A program made the translations under genes and the position numbers. From the NCBI RefSeq assembly GCF_054482525.1, contig NZ_CM137006.1: a DNA stretch of 64,000 nt. One strand, written 5' to 3'. The first letter of the stretch is position 1. Each line of letters opens with the position of its first letter. Below are positions 37,360 to 50,051 of the stretch, one piece after another. Below the pieces are notes generated by a model. That model was not told the DNA's origin. It was given only the letters and a program-made list of their open reading frames with translations, and made no database searches.

Positions 37360-38538
37360 ATGCAATTGCGTAAATTACTGCTGCCAGGACTGCTTTCCGT
37401 TACCCTTTTAAGCGGCTGTTCGCTGTTTAACAGCGAAGAAGATGTGGTAAAGATGTCCCCATTGCCGACCGTTGAAAACCAGTTTACGCCGACCACGGCG
37501 TGGAGCACTTCCGTTGGTAGCGGCATTGGCAACTTCTATTCCAATCTTCATCCGGCACTGGCGGACAACGTTGTCTATGCAGCGGACCGCGCTGGTTTAG
37601 TAAAAGCGCTGAATGCGGATGATGGCAAAGAAATCTGGTCTGTCAGCCTGGCCGAGAAAGATGGCTGGTTCTCTAAAGAGCCTGCATTACTTTCTGGCGG
37701 TGTGACCGTGTCTGGTGGGCATGTCTACATTGGCAGCGAAAAGGCGCAGGTTTACGCGCTGAATACCAGCGATGGTACTGTGGCATGGCAAACTAAAGTC
37801 GCGGGTGAAGCACTTTCGCGTCCGGTGGTCAGCGACGGTCTGGTGTTAATCCACACCAGTAACGGTCAGTTACAAGCGCTGAACGAAGCTGACGGCGCTG
37901 TCAAATGGACAGTTAACCTCGATATGCCTTCGCTCTCTTTGCGTGGCGAGTCTGCGCCGGCAACGGCTTTTGGTGCGGCCGTCGTGGGTGGCGATAATGG
38001 TCGCGTCAGCGCAGTGCTGATGGAACAGGGCCAGATGATTTGGCAGCAGCGTATTTCCCAGGCGACCGGTTCTACCGAAATTGACCGTCTGAGCGATGTT
38101 GACACGACTCCCGTCGTTGTTAACGGTGTTGTTTTCGCGCTGGCCTATAATGGTAACCTGACGGCGCTTGATCTGCGCAGTGGTCAGATTATGTGGAAAC
38201 GCGAACTGGGTTCGGTGAATGATTTCATCGTCGACGGCAATCGCATCTATCTGGTCGATCAAAATGACCGGGTGATGGCGTTGACCATTGATGGCGGCGT
38301 TACGCTGTGGACACAAAGCGATCTGTTGCATCGCCTGCTGACTTCTCCGGTGCTGTATAATGGCAACCTGGTGGTAGGTGACAGCGAAGGTTATCTGCAC
38401 TGGATTAACGTCGAAGATGGTCGTTTCGTTGCCCAGCAAAAAGTTGATAGTTCCGGTTTCCAGACTGAACCGGTTGCCGCTGATGGCAAACTGCTGATCC
38501 AGGCAAAAGACGGAACCGTGTACTCTATTACACGTTAA
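37360..38538 (+). CDS. bamB: Outer-membrane assembly lipoprotein BamB (beta-propeller)
   Basis: 392 aa; lipobox LLSGCS; repeated propeller blades. Confidence 0.9.
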   Translation: MQLRKLLLPGLLSVTLLSGCSLFNSEEDVVKMSPLPTVENQFTPTTAWSTSVGSGIGNFYSNLHPALADNVVYAADRAGLVKALNADDGKEIWSVSLAEKDGWFSKEPALLSGGVTVSGGHVYIGSEKAQVYALNTSDGTVAWQTKVAGEALSRPVVSDGLVLIHTSNGQLQALNEADGAVKWTVNLDMPSLSLRGESAPATAFGAAVVGGDNGRVSAVLMEQGQMIWQQRISQATGSTEIDRLSDVDTTPVVVNGVVFALAYNGNLTALDLRSGQIMWKRELGSVNDFIVDGNRIYLVDQNDRVMALTIDGGVTLWTQSDLLHRLLTSPVLYNGNLVVGDSEGYLHWINVEDGRFVAQQKVDSSGFQTEPVAADGKLLIQAKDGTVYSITR

Positions 38539-38559
38539 TCGTCTCTGTCGTTCACTTTG

Positions 38560-38597
38560 AAAACGGCTCCTGGACAGGGGCCGTTTTCCTGTTTTTA
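38560..38597 (+). terminator. Rho-independent terminator after bamB
   Basis: aacggctcctggacaggggccgtt hairpin followed by ttcctgttttt. Confidence 0.55.
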
Positions 38598-38655
38598 ACA
38601 ACGACACGAATATAGCGTGCGTTGTCTGATGATGTATAAAAATGAGGCTTTAAAC

Positions 38656-40128
38656 ATGGTACCTGTGGTCGCGCTTGTCGGGCGCCCTAACGTAGGAAAA
38701 TCCACGTTATTTAACCGTCTAACTCGCACCCGAGATGCGCTGGTTGCGGATTTCCCGGGTCTGACTCGTGACCGTAAGTACGGTCGTGCAGAAATTGAAG
38801 GCCGTGAGTTTATCTGCATTGATACCGGCGGGATTGATGGTACAGAAGACGGTGTAGAAACCCGTATGGCGGAACAGTCGCTGCTGGCGATTGAAGAAGC
38901 GGACGTCGTACTGTTTATGGTGGATGCGCGCGCGGGCCTGATGCCGGCGGATGAAGCGATTGCCAAACATCTGCGCTCCCGTGAAAAACCGACCTTCCTG
39001 GTGGCAAACAAAACTGACGGGCTGGATCCCGATCAGGCGGTGGTTGATTTCTACTCGCTTGGTTTAGGGGAAATCTACCCGATCGCCGCGTCTCACGGTC
39101 GTGGCGTATTAAGTCTGCTGGAGCACGTGCTGCTGCCGTGGATGGAAGATCTCGCACCACAAGAAGAAGTGGATGAAGACGCTGAATACTGGGCGCAATT
39201 TGAAGCAGAAGAAAACGGCGAAGAAGAAGAGGAAGATGACTTCGACCCGCAAAGTCTGCCGATCAAACTGGCGATTGTGGGTCGTCCGAACGTAGGTAAG
39301 TCTACACTCACTAACCGTATTCTTGGTGAAGAGCGCGTTGTTGTTTACGACATGCCTGGCACCACGCGTGACAGTATCTACATTCCAATGGAACGCGACG
39401 GACGTGAGTATGTGCTCATTGACACCGCTGGCGTACGTAAACGCGGCAAAATCACCGATGCTGTAGAGAAGTTCTCGGTAATCAAAACGTTGCAGGCCAT
39501 TGAAGATGCCAACGTGGTGATGTTGGTGATTGATGCGCGCGAAGGTATTTCCGATCAGGATCTCTCCCTGCTGGGCTTTATTCTCAATAGTGGGCGCTCA
39601 CTTGTCATTGTGGTGAATAAGTGGGATGGCCTGAGCCAGGAAGTGAAAGAGCAGGTGAAAGAAACGCTGGACTTCCGTCTGGGCTTTATCGATTTTGCTC
39701 GTGTGCACTTTATCTCAGCCTTGCACGGCAGTGGTGTTGGTAATCTGTTTGAATCAGTACGTGAAGCGTATGACAGCTCCACCCGTCGTGTGGGGACCTC
39801 TATGCTGACGCGCATCATGACGATGGCTGTTGAAGATCACCAGCCGCCGCTGGTACGTGGTCGTCGTGTGAAGCTGAAATATGCCCACGCCGGTGGTTAT
39901 AACCCGCCGATTGTGGTGATTCACGGTAATCAGGTGAAAGACCTGCCTGATTCCTACAAGCGTTACTTGATGAACTACTTCCGCAAATCGCTGGACGTAA
40001 TGGGATCGCCGATTCGTATTCAGTTCAAAGAAGGGGAAAACCCGTATGCGAACAAGCGTAACACCCTGACGCCAACCCAGATGCGTAAACGTAAGCGTCT
40101 GATGAAGCACATCAAGAAAAATAAATAA
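38656..40128 (+). CDS. der: Ribosome-associated GTPase Der/EngA (double GTPase domain)
   Basis: ORF 38617..40128; start at [16 protein letters not shown]; two P-loops (GRPNVGKS twice). Confidence 0.9.
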
Positions 40129-40196
40129 TTATCCGTAAGTATTTTATCTGCCATTCCCTCTATAAATGTAGAGGGATGGCTACTGGAGGAATTCAT

Positions 40197-41809
<1,613 letters not shown>

Positions 41810-41849
41810 TTATTCAGTCGATAGTAACCCGCCCTTCGGGGATAGCAAG

Positions 41850-41940
41850 CATTTTTTGCAAAAAGGGGTAGATGCAATCGGTTACGCTCTGTATAATGCC
41901 GCGGCAATATTTATTAACCACTCTGGTCGAGATATTGCCC
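41850..41940 (+). promoter_or_regulatory. guaBA promoter region
   Basis: tataat -10 hexamer at 41892-41897, AT-rich upstream; the -35 is weak. Confidence 0.4.
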
Positions 41941-43407
41941 ATGCTACGTATCGCTAAAGAAGCTCTGACGTTTGACGACGTTCTCCTCGTTCCTGCTCAT
42001 TCTACCGTTCTGCCGAATACTGCTGACCTCAGCACCCAGCTGACGAAAACTATTCGTCTGAATATCCCTATGCTTTCCGCAGCAATGGATACCGTAACGG
42101 AAGCGCGCCTGGCTATTGCTCTGGCTCAGGAAGGCGGTATCGGCTTTATCCACAAAAACATGTCCATTGAACGCCAGGCAGAAGAAGTTCGCCGTGTGAA
42201 AAAACACGAATCTGGCGTGGTAACTGATCCGCAGACTGTTCTGCCAACCACGACGCTGCGCGAAGTGAAAGAACTGACCGAGCGTAACGGTTTTGCGGGC
42301 TATCCGGTCGTTACCGAAGAAAACGAACTGGTGGGTATTATCACCGGTCGTGACGTACGTTTTGTTACCGACCTGAGCCAGCCGGTTAGCGTTTACATGA
42401 CGCCGAAAGAACGTCTGGTCACCGTGCGTGAAGGTGAAGCCCGTGAAGTTGTGCTGGCAAAAATGCACGAAAAACGCGTTGAAAAAGCGCTGGTGGTTGA
42501 TGACGAATTCCACCTGATCGGCATGATCACCGTCAAAGACTTCCAGAAAGCGGAACGTAAACCGAACGCCTGTAAAGACGAGCAAGGCCGTCTGCGTGTT
42601 GGTGCAGCGGTTGGCGCGGGTGCGGGTAACGAAGAGCGTGTTGACGCGCTGGTTGCCGCAGGCGTTGACGTTCTGCTGATCGACTCCTCTCACGGTCACT
42701 CAGAAGGCGTTCTGCAACGTATCCGTGAAACCCGTGCTAAATATCCTGATCTGCAAATCATCGGCGGCAACGTGGCAACAGCTGCAGGTGCACGCGCTCT
42801 GGCAGAAGCTGGTTGCAGCGCGGTTAAAGTCGGTATCGGCCCAGGCTCTATCTGTACGACTCGTATCGTGACTGGCGTCGGTGTTCCACAGATCACCGCC
42901 GTTGCTGATGCAGTAGAAGCCCTGGAAGGCACCGGTATTCCGGTTATCGCTGACGGCGGTATCCGTTTCTCAGGCGATATCGCCAAAGCTATCGCCGCAG
43001 GCGCAAGCGCGGTGATGGTGGGTTCCATGCTGGCGGGTACTGAAGAATCTCCGGGTGAAATCGAACTCTACCAGGGCCGTTCTTACAAATCTTACCGTGG
43101 GATGGGCTCTCTGGGTGCGATGTCCAAAGGTTCTTCTGACCGTTACTTCCAGAGTGACAACGCTGCCGACAAACTGGTGCCGGAAGGTATCGAAGGTCGC
43201 GTGGCCTATAAAGGTCGCCTGAAAGAGATCATTCACCAGCAGATGGGCGGCCTGCGCTCCTGTATGGGCCTGACCGGCTGTGGTACTATCGACGAACTGC
43301 GTACTAAAGCGGAGTTTGTACGTATCAGCGGTGCGGGCATTCAGGAAAGCCACGTTCACGACGTGACCATTACTAAAGAGTCCCCGAACTACCGTCTGGG
43401 CTCCTGA
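41941..43407 (+). CDS. guaB: IMP dehydrogenase
   Basis: ORF 41872..43407; start at [14 protein letters not shown] (488 aa); CBS pair and catalytic [11 protein letters not shown] loop. Confidence 0.95.
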   Translation: MLRIAKEALTFDDVLLVPAHSTVLPNTADLSTQLTKTIRLNIPMLSAAMDTVTEARLAIALAQEGGIGFIHKNMSIERQAEEVRRVKKHESGVVTDPQTVLPTTTLREVKELTERNGFAGYPVVTEENELVGIITGRDVRFVTDLSQPVSVYMTPKERLVTVREGEAREVVLAKMHEKRVEKALVVDDEFHLIGMITVKDFQKAERKPNACKDEQGRLRVGAAVGAGAGNEERVDALVAAGVDVLLIDSSHGHSEGVLQRIRETRAKYPDLQIIGGNVATAAGARALAEAGCSAVKVGIGPGSICTTRIVTGVGVPQITAVADAVEALEGTGIPVIADGGIRFSGDIAKAIAAGASAVMVGSMLAGTEESPGEIELYQGRSYKSYRGMGSLGAMSKGSSDRYFQSDNAADKLVPEGIEGRVAYKGRLKEIIHQQMGGLRSCMGLTGCGTIDELRTKAEFVRISGAGIQESHVHDVTITKESPNYRLGS

Positions 43408-43475
43408 TTCTCTTCGCCCGACTTCATGTCGGGCGATTTATATTATCTGTTTCACTTGCCTCGGAATAAGCGTCA

Positions 43476-45053
43476 ATGACGGAAAACATTCATAAGCATC
43501 GCATCCTCATTCTGGACTTCGGTTCTCAGTACACTCAACTGGTTGCGCGCCGCGTGCGTGAACTGGGTGTTTACTGCGAACTGTGGGCGTGGGATGTGAC
43601 AGAAGCACAAATTCGTGACTTCAACCCAAGCGGCATTATTCTTTCCGGCGGCCCGGAAAGCACCACCGAAGAAAACAGCCCGCGCGCGCCGCAGTATGTC
43701 TTTGAAGCAGGCGTACCGGTATTCGGCGTTTGCTATGGCATGCAGACCATGGCAATGCAGTTGGGCGGTCACGTTGAAGCCTCTAACGAACGTGAATTTG
43801 GCTACGCGCAGGTTGAAGTCGTAAACGACAGCGCACTGGTTCGCGGTATCGAAGATGCGCTGACCGCAGACGGTAAACCGCTGCTCGATGTCTGGATGAG
43901 CCACGGCGATAAAGTTACCGCTATCCCGTCCGACTTCGTCACCGTAGCCAGCACCGAAAGCTGCCCGTTTGCCATTATGGCTAACGAAGAAAAACGCTTC
44001 TATGGCGTACAGTTCCACCCGGAAGTGACTCACACCCGCCAGGGTATGCGCATGCTGGAGCGTTTTGTGCGTGATATCTGCCAGTGTGAAGCCCTGTGGA
44101 CGCCAGCGAAAATTATCGACGATGCTGTAGCTCGCATCCGCGAGCAGGTAGGCGACGATAAAGTCATCCTCGGCCTCTCTGGTGGTGTGGATTCCTCCGT
44201 AACCGCAATGCTGCTGCACCGCGCTATCGGTAAAAACCTGACTTGCGTATTCGTCGACAACGGCCTGCTGCGTCTCAACGAAGCAGAGCAGGTTCTGGAT
44301 ATGTTTGGCGATCACTTTGGTCTGAACATTGTTCACGTTCCGGCAGAAGCTCGCTTCCTGTCAGCGTTGGCCGGCGAAAACGATCCGGAAGCAAAACGTA
44401 AAATCATCGGGCGCGTTTTCGTTGAAGTATTCGATGAAGAAGCACTGAAACTGGAAGACGTGAAGTGGCTGGCGCAGGGCACTATCTACCCTGACGTTAT
44501 TGAATCTGCCGCATCTGCAACCGGTAAAGCACACGTCATCAAATCTCACCACAACGTGGGCGGCCTGCCGAAAGAGATGAAGATGGGGCTGGTTGAACCG
44601 CTGAAAGAGCTGTTCAAAGACGAAGTGCGTAAGATTGGTCTGGAGCTGGGCCTGCCGTACGACATGCTGTACCGTCACCCGTTCCCGGGACCAGGCCTCG
44701 GCGTTCGTGTACTGGGCGAAGTGAAGAAAGAGTACTGCGACCTGCTGCGCCGTGCTGACGCCATCTTCATTGAAGAACTGCGTAAAGCGGACCTGTACGA
44801 CAAAGTCAGCCAGGCATTCACCGTCTTCCTGCCGGTACGTTCCGTTGGCGTAATGGGCGATGGTCGTAAGTATGACTGGGTTGTCTCTCTGCGTGCTGTC
44901 GAAACCATCGACTTTATGACCGCACACTGGGCGCACCTGCCGTATGACTTCCTCGGTCGCGTTTCCAACCGCATTATCAATGAAGTGAACGGTATTTCCC
45001 GCGTGGTGTATGACATCAGCGGCAAGCCACCAGCGACTATTGAGTGGGAATGA
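43476..45053 (+). CDS. guaA: GMP synthase (glutamine-hydrolysing)
   Basis: 525 aa; GATase active site CYGMQ; ATP-PPase SGGVDSS; C-terminus …KPPATIEWE appears intact. Confidence 0.95.
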   Translation: MTENIHKHRILILDFGSQYTQLVARRVRELGVYCELWAWDVTEAQIRDFNPSGIILSGGPESTTEENSPRAPQYVFEAGVPVFGVCYGMQTMAMQLGGHVEASNEREFGYAQVEVVNDSALVRGIEDALTADGKPLLDVWMSHGDKVTAIPSDFVTVASTESCPFAIMANEEKRFYGVQFHPEVTHTRQGMRMLERFVRDICQCEALWTPAKIIDDAVARIREQVGDDKVILGLSGGVDSSVTAMLLHRAIGKNLTCVFVDNGLLRLNEAEQVLDMFGDHFGLNIVHVPAEARFLSALAGENDPEAKRKIIGRVFVEVFDEEALKLEDVKWLAQGTIYPDVIESAASATGKAHVIKSHHNVGGLPKEMKMGLVEPLKELFKDEVRKIGLELGLPYDMLYRHPFPGPGLGVRVLGEVKKEYCDLLRRADAIFIEELRKADLYDKVSQAFTVFLPVRSVGVMGDGRKYDWVVSLRAVETIDFMTAHWAHLPYDFLGRVSNRIINEVNGISRVVYDISGKPPATIEWE

Positions 45054-45099
45054 TTAACAGCTAACTCATAGCAACTCATTTCTATTCAGATATTAACTC

Positions 45100-45131
45100 A
45101 ACCCTCTGTTTTTACAGAGGGTTTTTGTTTT
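45100..45131 (+). terminator. Rho-independent terminator after guaA
   Basis: accctctgtttttacagagggt hairpin followed by ttttgttttt. Confidence 0.7.
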
Positions 45132-45245
45132 TATGTATTCATCTCTATTCACTCTACACCATATTTTTCGGCGGTACAGGTGACGGTATTACCCTAAAGG
45201 TATACTCTCATACCGTCATGAAAATGGTTTCTATACGGGTGAATT

Positions 45246-46496
45246 GTGCTTACCGATACAAAATTAAAAAACCTCAAGCCGCAGGACAAACTGTACAAGG
45301 TCTCCGATCGTGACGGGCTGTATGTAGCTGTGCTTACGTCAGGCACGGTCTCGTTTCGCTATGACTACCGTATCAACGGTCGTCGCGAAACACTGGTAAT
45401 CGGGCAGTATGGGCGTGACGGTATCAGCCTGGCAGAAGCGCGAGAAGAACTGATTGCTGCAAAGAAGCTGCTTAAAGCAGGCCAGTCGCCGGCTGCGGCT
45501 AAACGTGACGGTATCAAAAAGATTCGTGGTGCCGAGACGTTTGCGGTACATACCGACAGTTATATGAAACACGTCATCCTGGCTGACAGTACCCGCGCAA
45601 TGAAGCAGGCGGTGATTGACCGTGACATACTTCCGGTTCTTGGTAACAAAATGATGGCTGAAATTACCACATCGATGGTTCGTGATTTGTGTGACCGGAT
45701 TGTCGAACGCGGTGGTCGGGCAACAGCAGTACAGGCCAGGGAGATCATCAGCAGCGTATACCGTCACGCCAATGACCGTGGTCATGGTTTGTTTAATCCT
45801 GCGGCTGACATTAAACCTTCGTCTATCGCCATATTTAAACCACGAGAGCGAACACTGACACCAGAAGAAATTGGCCTGTTCTTCCGCACGCTGGATGCCA
45901 TTGGTGCTATGGGCACTATGAAAATGGCTTTAAAGCTGGTGCTTATCACTATGGTTCGTAAAGGCGAATTCACCAACGCAACGTGGGATGAAATAGATTT
46001 TAAAAAATGGACATGGACAATTCCTTCAGACCGCATGAAGGGAAGCCGGGCGCACGTTATTTACCTGCCTAAACAGGCTCAGGATATATTGGTCGGGTTG
46101 CAGATGTGCGCTGGTGGAAGTGAATATCTGGTTCCTGGTCGTTACAATTTCCGGAAGCCATTATCTAATGCCGCGCTGAACTCTCTGATCGACAGAACGG
46201 TGAAAATAATAAATGAAGATGGTGAGCATATTCAGGGCTTCACCGTACACGATATGCGCCGTACAGCCAGTACGTTGTTGCATGAGGCTGGTTATCCTTC
46301 AGACTGGATTGAAAAGGCTCTGGCACATGAGCAGAAAGGTGTGCGCGCCGTATATAACAAAGCGGAATACGCCAGACAGCGCGCCTACATGTTGCAGCAG
46401 TGGGCCGATATGATTGATTCCTGGATTAACGGGGAGCATACGGATCTGATTCCGTTCTCCCCGTCGAAGTTTGAGAAGTGGATGGCGGGGGAATAA
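45246..46496 (+). CDS. int: Phage tyrosine integrase (P4/CP4-57-like, N-terminal arm-binding domain)
   Basis: 416 aa; C-terminal catalytic region with HDMRRTASTLL and conserved R/H/Y context; first gene after guaA. Confidence 0.9.
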   Translation: MLTDTKLKNLKPQDKLYKVSDRDGLYVAVLTSGTVSFRYDYRINGRRETLVIGQYGRDGISLAEAREELIAAKKLLKAGQSPAAAKRDGIKKIRGAETFAVHTDSYMKHVILADSTRAMKQAVIDRDILPVLGNKMMAEITTSMVRDLCDRIVERGGRATAVQAREIISSVYRHANDRGHGLFNPAADIKPSSIAIFKPRERTLTPEEIGLFFRTLDAIGAMGTMKMALKLVLITMVRKGEFTNATWDEIDFKKWTWTIPSDRMKGSRAHVIYLPKQAQDILVGLQMCAGGSEYLVPGRYNFRKPLSNAALNSLIDRTVKIINEDGEHIQGFTVHDMRRTASTLLHEAGYPSDWIEKALAHEQKGVRAVYNKAEYARQRAYMLQQWADMIDSWINGEHTDLIPFSPSKFEKWMAGE

Positions 46497-46499
46497 CGT

Positions 46500-46694
46500 T
46501 TAATAGTTCTGCTGATTTTCTTCCATCTCTGCTTCTGCTGCCAGTGATTCAATTTTGTTTTCGAATATTGCTGACAGTGTTGCAAATTCAGCATCAGTGA
46601 CAGCGGGAATTGGAACAAACCTGATCCCGCTGTGTGCAAGCATGTTTGCAGTTTCAAGGCATTTTCTTAAATCTGCTGGTGATGCCCTGTTCAT
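46500..46694 (-). CDS. Hypothetical small phage protein (start uncertain)
   Basis: ORF 46500..46814 overlaps methyltransferase 3' end in another frame; internal Met at 46694 would abut the methyltransferase stop. Confidence 0.3.
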   Translation of the reverse strand: MNRASPADLRKCLETANMLAHSGIRFVPIPAVTDAEFATLSAIFENKIESLAAEAEMEENQQNY

Positions 46695-47353
46695 GCAGCA
46701 CGCTCCCGCCCCTGGTTGTCTGTTGGTGACATCGGAGAATTGCTGAATGCATTTGTTAATCCGCCAATATCCAACGCGTATCCTGGGTGTAGTTGCACTG
46801 CCGGGCCTTCGCACTGGTTACCCCAAACATCGAAGCCATGAGACGTCTGGCGGGCGAACAGTTCAATGCGAGAAACATCGCCTAACAATTGCACAAGTTT
46901 TTCACGAACGACATCTGGTTTTCTTGAATGCTCAAGCCGCGGTGCGGTAAATGACTGAACGATACCTGCATTAATGCGCGGAGGTAGTTTTCCCTTTACT
47001 GCAAACAGGCAATCTTCACTATTGGCGCGAGTCATGTGTCCCATACCCATAACCAGTTTATCTGGTTGTCGACTACCACATTTTATCCACGTGAAGCCCT
47101 TCATGGTCATCAGACGGAATCCCCAGGCTTCAACAACTTTTAGTGCTTCGAGTGGTTGTGTTGGCACCCACCACATGGCCAACAGACAGTTTTCATCGGC
47201 CAAATCCCACACAGGAAGGCGGCAGATATCCAGCACACTCATAACAGGATATTTAAAACCGGCACCGCGATTACCATCTGCGGCTTTGTCCCGGTATACC
47301 CAGGGTGGATCTGCATAGATTAGTGTGTATTTCTTAGTCATAAACCACCCCAC
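46691..47353 (-). CDS. MT-A70 family DNA N6-adenine methyltransferase (orphan, phage-encoded)
   Basis: DPPW catalytic motif (LIYADPPWVY); no adjacent restriction endonuclease. Confidence 0.8.
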   Translation of the reverse strand: MGWFMTKKYTLIYADPPWVYRDKAADGNRGAGFKYPVMSVLDICRLPVWDLADENCLLAMWWVPTQPLEALKVVEAWGFRLMTMKGFTWIKCGSRQPDKLVMGMGHMTRANSEDCLFAVKGKLPPRINAGIVQSFTAPRLEHSRKPDVVREKLVQLLGDVSRIELFARQTSHGFDVWGNQCEGPAVQLHPGYALDIGGLTNAFSNSPMSPTDNQGRERAA

Positions 47354-47633
47354 AACATCCTATGCCGCTATAGTCGCCACGGCGAAGGCCGTTACCTTTT
47401 GTGATACATTGGTCCCTGCGAACCGCGATCCTTGCACGTTCAACATCACCAGAAGCAACATCCATACACTGAAGCCAAAGGTGAGCGGCAATGCGGAATT
47501 GCCCTTTTTTCTCTCTTTCAATCGCGCGTTTTTCGATCTCTATCGCCGCAGGAGTAACGGCGACAATCTTTGAAGGGCTGCGCATTGAAACCTTGTTCAT
47601 GTGATATTTTTCAAGTCGGCTTAACTTTCTCAC
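47334..47633 (-). CDS. Hypothetical phage protein
   Basis: 99-aa ORF between excisionase and methyltransferase; no recognisable motif. Confidence 0.4.
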   Translation of the reverse strand: MRKLSRLEKYHMNKVSMRSPSKIVAVTPAAIEIEKRAIEREKKGQFRIAAHLWLQCMDVASGDVERARIAVRRDQCITKGNGLRRGDYSGIGCCGVVYD

Positions 47634-47742
47634 TTAATCCAACCCTCTCTGAAAATTAATGCCAGCAGATAAAGCCATGCTGAAACAGAGGCCAGGAATA
47701 AGTACCATCCTGACCATTTGCTCCAGTGCCTTAGCAGCACAC

Positions 47743-47991
47743 TCATGCAGCGTTGCTCACAGGACGATATACACGTTGCTGAACAGGAGGCTTTTTACCC
47801 TGGAACTCTGCCGGGCTTGCTGCCTGACGTTCATCAAGCCAACGCTCAACTTCATCACGGTTCCATGCGCAGCGTTTATCGGTGATATACCAGCGTTTAG
47901 GAAATTCCCCTGCGCGCTCCATACGGTCGATAGTGCTCCATGACAGTGGCACCACCGCCAGGAGTTCCTTCTTACCTAATGCACCTTTCAT
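47743..47991 (-). CDS. AlpA-family excisionase/transcriptional regulator (MerR-like HTH)
   Basis: 82 aa; AlpA-like pattern (…LSWSTIDRMERAGEFPK…WNRDEVERWL). Confidence 0.75.
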   Translation of the reverse strand: MKGALGKKELLAVVPLSWSTIDRMERAGEFPKRWYITDKRCAWNRDEVERWLDERQAASPAEFQGKKPPVQQRVYRPVSNAA

Positions 47992-48040
47992 AAATACCTC
48001 TCTTGGTTGCAGTGCGGCGCGCGTGGCGCCGCGGTGGTGG

Positions 48041-48922
48041 TTACATAGATGTTTCGTTTAATTCTTCCCGACGAACGCTGTAAACGTCGGTGGCTTTTGC
48101 CAGCAGTTCGTCATCATCTGAAAGTTTTTGTGCAATGTATTTGTAAGCCTTATCCAGTTCGGAGACAGTGCTGTAATTCATCGCTGCGCTGGTAAAGGCC
48201 ATCAGCATTTCTTCTGGCTCACGGCTATCCGCTTTACGCGTTTGCTCATCAGGCTTTTTCACTGATTTAGCGTTGATCAGACTGTTCATTCCCGCAGCCG
48301 TAGTCATTTGCGGAGTAATGTCTCGCTCAACGCGCGGTGCCGTTTCCTGTAATTCGTCAGGGGTGTAAACACCGAGAAGTACATCAGGAGCGTGCAGGCG
48401 AGCCCATCGTTTCGTGCAAAGATAGGCAAGTTGCTGGCGCGGATCCTGTTCCCACAATGGAGAGTTACGCACTCCTGCTTGCGCCATACTGATGGTAAGC
48501 TCACGTGGTTCTGCTTCTCCTTTAAGAACTGCTGACACAGTTACCGTCAGATTCGGTGATTTATCTGTTTTGCCGTTAACATTCGACCAGTCACCGCTCC
48601 AGCGATAATTCAGGCGTGTCGCCAGCAGGCTGGAAGAGGATACGACCGCGTTTACCAACTGTGCTTCGTAGCCTAACGTTCCGTTTACCACATGCGTTTT
48701 CTGCGCCACGGCGAAAGGGTTCATTCCCCACTGTGCCGCCTGCATGGTCACCGCCAGGCAATCGGCAGGTTTGCCTTCAAGATGTTTCGGTACAGTCGCT
48801 TTGCTTTGTGACATCAACTCCGCGAAACGCACCAGTTGATTCATGCCCTCGGGGCTGAAGATTGCCGCAGCAGTGCCTACAGTTGCGCCTGGTTGTGATG
48901 TGATTGCGATATCATTGCTCAT
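48041..48922 (-). CDS. Bet/Red-beta family single-strand annealing recombinase
   Basis: 293 aa; alignable by eye to lambda Bet (…ERDITP… and W..P…L…ARL…Y..DE segments). Confidence 0.75.
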   Translation of the reverse strand: MSNDIAITSQPGATVGTAAAIFSPEGMNQLVRFAELMSQSKATVPKHLEGKPADCLAVTMQAAQWGMNPFAVAQKTHVVNGTLGYEAQLVNAVVSSSSLLATRLNYRWSGDWSNVNGKTDKSPNLTVTVSAVLKGEAEPRELTISMAQAGVRNSPLWEQDPRQQLAYLCTKRWARLHAPDVLLGVYTPDELQETAPRVERDITPQMTTAAGMNSLINAKSVKKPDEQTRKADSREPEEMLMAFTSAAMNYSTVSELDKAYKYIAQKLSDDDELLAKATDVYSVRREELNETSM

Positions 48923-49740
48923 ACGTACATATCCTGTTTACGTGCCCAGTCAGGGCGTTTAATAATTTCCACTCCGCCCCATTCATCGTTGATGCGGCAT
49001 TCGTGATAGGTATTCAGATCCCGGCGGAACAGAGCGTGCCCGGCATCGACATCCGGCGCATCCAGCTCGAACACGCGTACCGGATACCGACCACAATCAA
49101 TGCTTTCGCTCACGGCAAGAAAGAAAAAACCATGTGGCTGACCAGTAACCCTCATTGCGCCTTCGCGGTACATTGCGTCCTGCACGTGGTAGCGGAACTC
49201 CTCGATGTGGCGTGCAAAACGGTCCATATCTGTAACCTTTTTCACGTCGACGATCACGTTGTGCTCTTTCAGCCATTTGTCTGGACGAATGCGGCACAAC
49301 TCACCAGTCTCTTCATCGTTCCAGTACATTGATGCTTCGCAGTAACCAGGTGCTTCCAGCATCCAGCGTGCCGCCGGGTGAGCCATTGCGCTATCACGCA
49401 TCAGCTCCAGTTTCCGCCACTGCTCGGCATCAAGTACCGTAATCCCCATATCCGCCACATCACGAAGAAATGCCTCTTCGTCAGCTTTACCTTGTTTCGT
49501 CCGACGATCGAATTTCGGCGAAACAATGAAGCGTTTGTCGAACTCTCCAGGCTCCAGAAGCAGACAGTGCAATGCGGTTCCCATATCCAGTGCAGACTTT
49601 TTCTCTTCGTCTTCTGGTGCTGCCTGAACCCATTTAAGAAGCGCCGGATTCTTGGCAACCATGTCCAGTTGCGACTTACTCACGCCGTCCCCGGCGTGGT
49701 AGTCTTCGTTGCTGATGTCGAAATAAATTCCCGGCTTCAT
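48919..49740 (-). CDS. RecE-like / exodeoxyribonuclease VIII-family PD-(D/E)XK exonuclease
   Basis: 273 aa; N-terminus YHAG…SKSQLD typical of prophage exodeoxyribonuclease VIII-like proteins; translationally coupled to Bet gene. Confidence 0.7.
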   Translation of the reverse strand: MKPGIYFDISNEDYHAGDGVSKSQLDMVAKNPALLKWVQAAPEDEEKKSALDMGTALHCLLLEPGEFDKRFIVSPKFDRRTKQGKADEEAFLRDVADMGITVLDAEQWRKLELMRDSAMAHPAARWMLEAPGYCEASMYWNDEETGELCRIRPDKWLKEHNVIVDVKKVTDMDRFARHIEEFRYHVQDAMYREGAMRVTGQPHGFFFLAVSESIDCGRYPVRVFELDAPDVDAGHALFRRDLNTYHECRINDEWGGVEIIKRPDWARKQDMYV

Positions 49741-50051
49741 GCCGCGTCCCTCTGCCCATCAAGCTGATCAGCCAGATCCCAGCGGGCGATAATTGCCATT
49801 GCCTCGCGCCGGTAGGAATCCATCAGTTCTTCGAACTCAGGGCTGTCTTTAGCTGCTTCCAGCACTTCCTGGCGAACTCCTTTGCCTGTTACAACGTCGA
49901 AAGTTGAGGCCAGTTGATGAAGCCGGATGCTCTCAATCAGTTCAACTTGTCGGTCATATAGCTGTTCTGACAGGCGGTAGTCCTTGTCGAATGCCAGCAT
50001 GATTTTTTGAAGATTTTTCTGCTGATTAACGTTCATTATCAGCCCTCCCAT
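49737..50051 (-). CDS. Hypothetical early-left operon protein (Gam/Kil position)
   Basis: 104-aa ORF (likely start MNVNQQ at 50036) directly upstream of exo. Confidence 0.45.
   Translation of the reverse strand: MGGLIMNVNQQKNLQKIMLAFDKDYRLSEQLYDRQVELIESIRLHQLASTFDVVTGKGVRQEVLEAAKDSPEFEELMDSYRREAMAIIARWDLADQLDGQRDAA

Noticed and set aside
40151-40179. Hairpin ccattccctctataaatgtagagggatgg after der as a terminator
   Set aside because: No U-run follows it; may be a regulatory or RNA-processing hairpin, but evidence is too weak.
46691-46814. C-terminal ~40-aa extension of the MT-A70 methyltransferase as evidence of a frameshift or fusion
   Set aside because: Cannot distinguish a genuine extension from an overlapping small gene without homologues; reported as an ambiguity, not a pseudogene.
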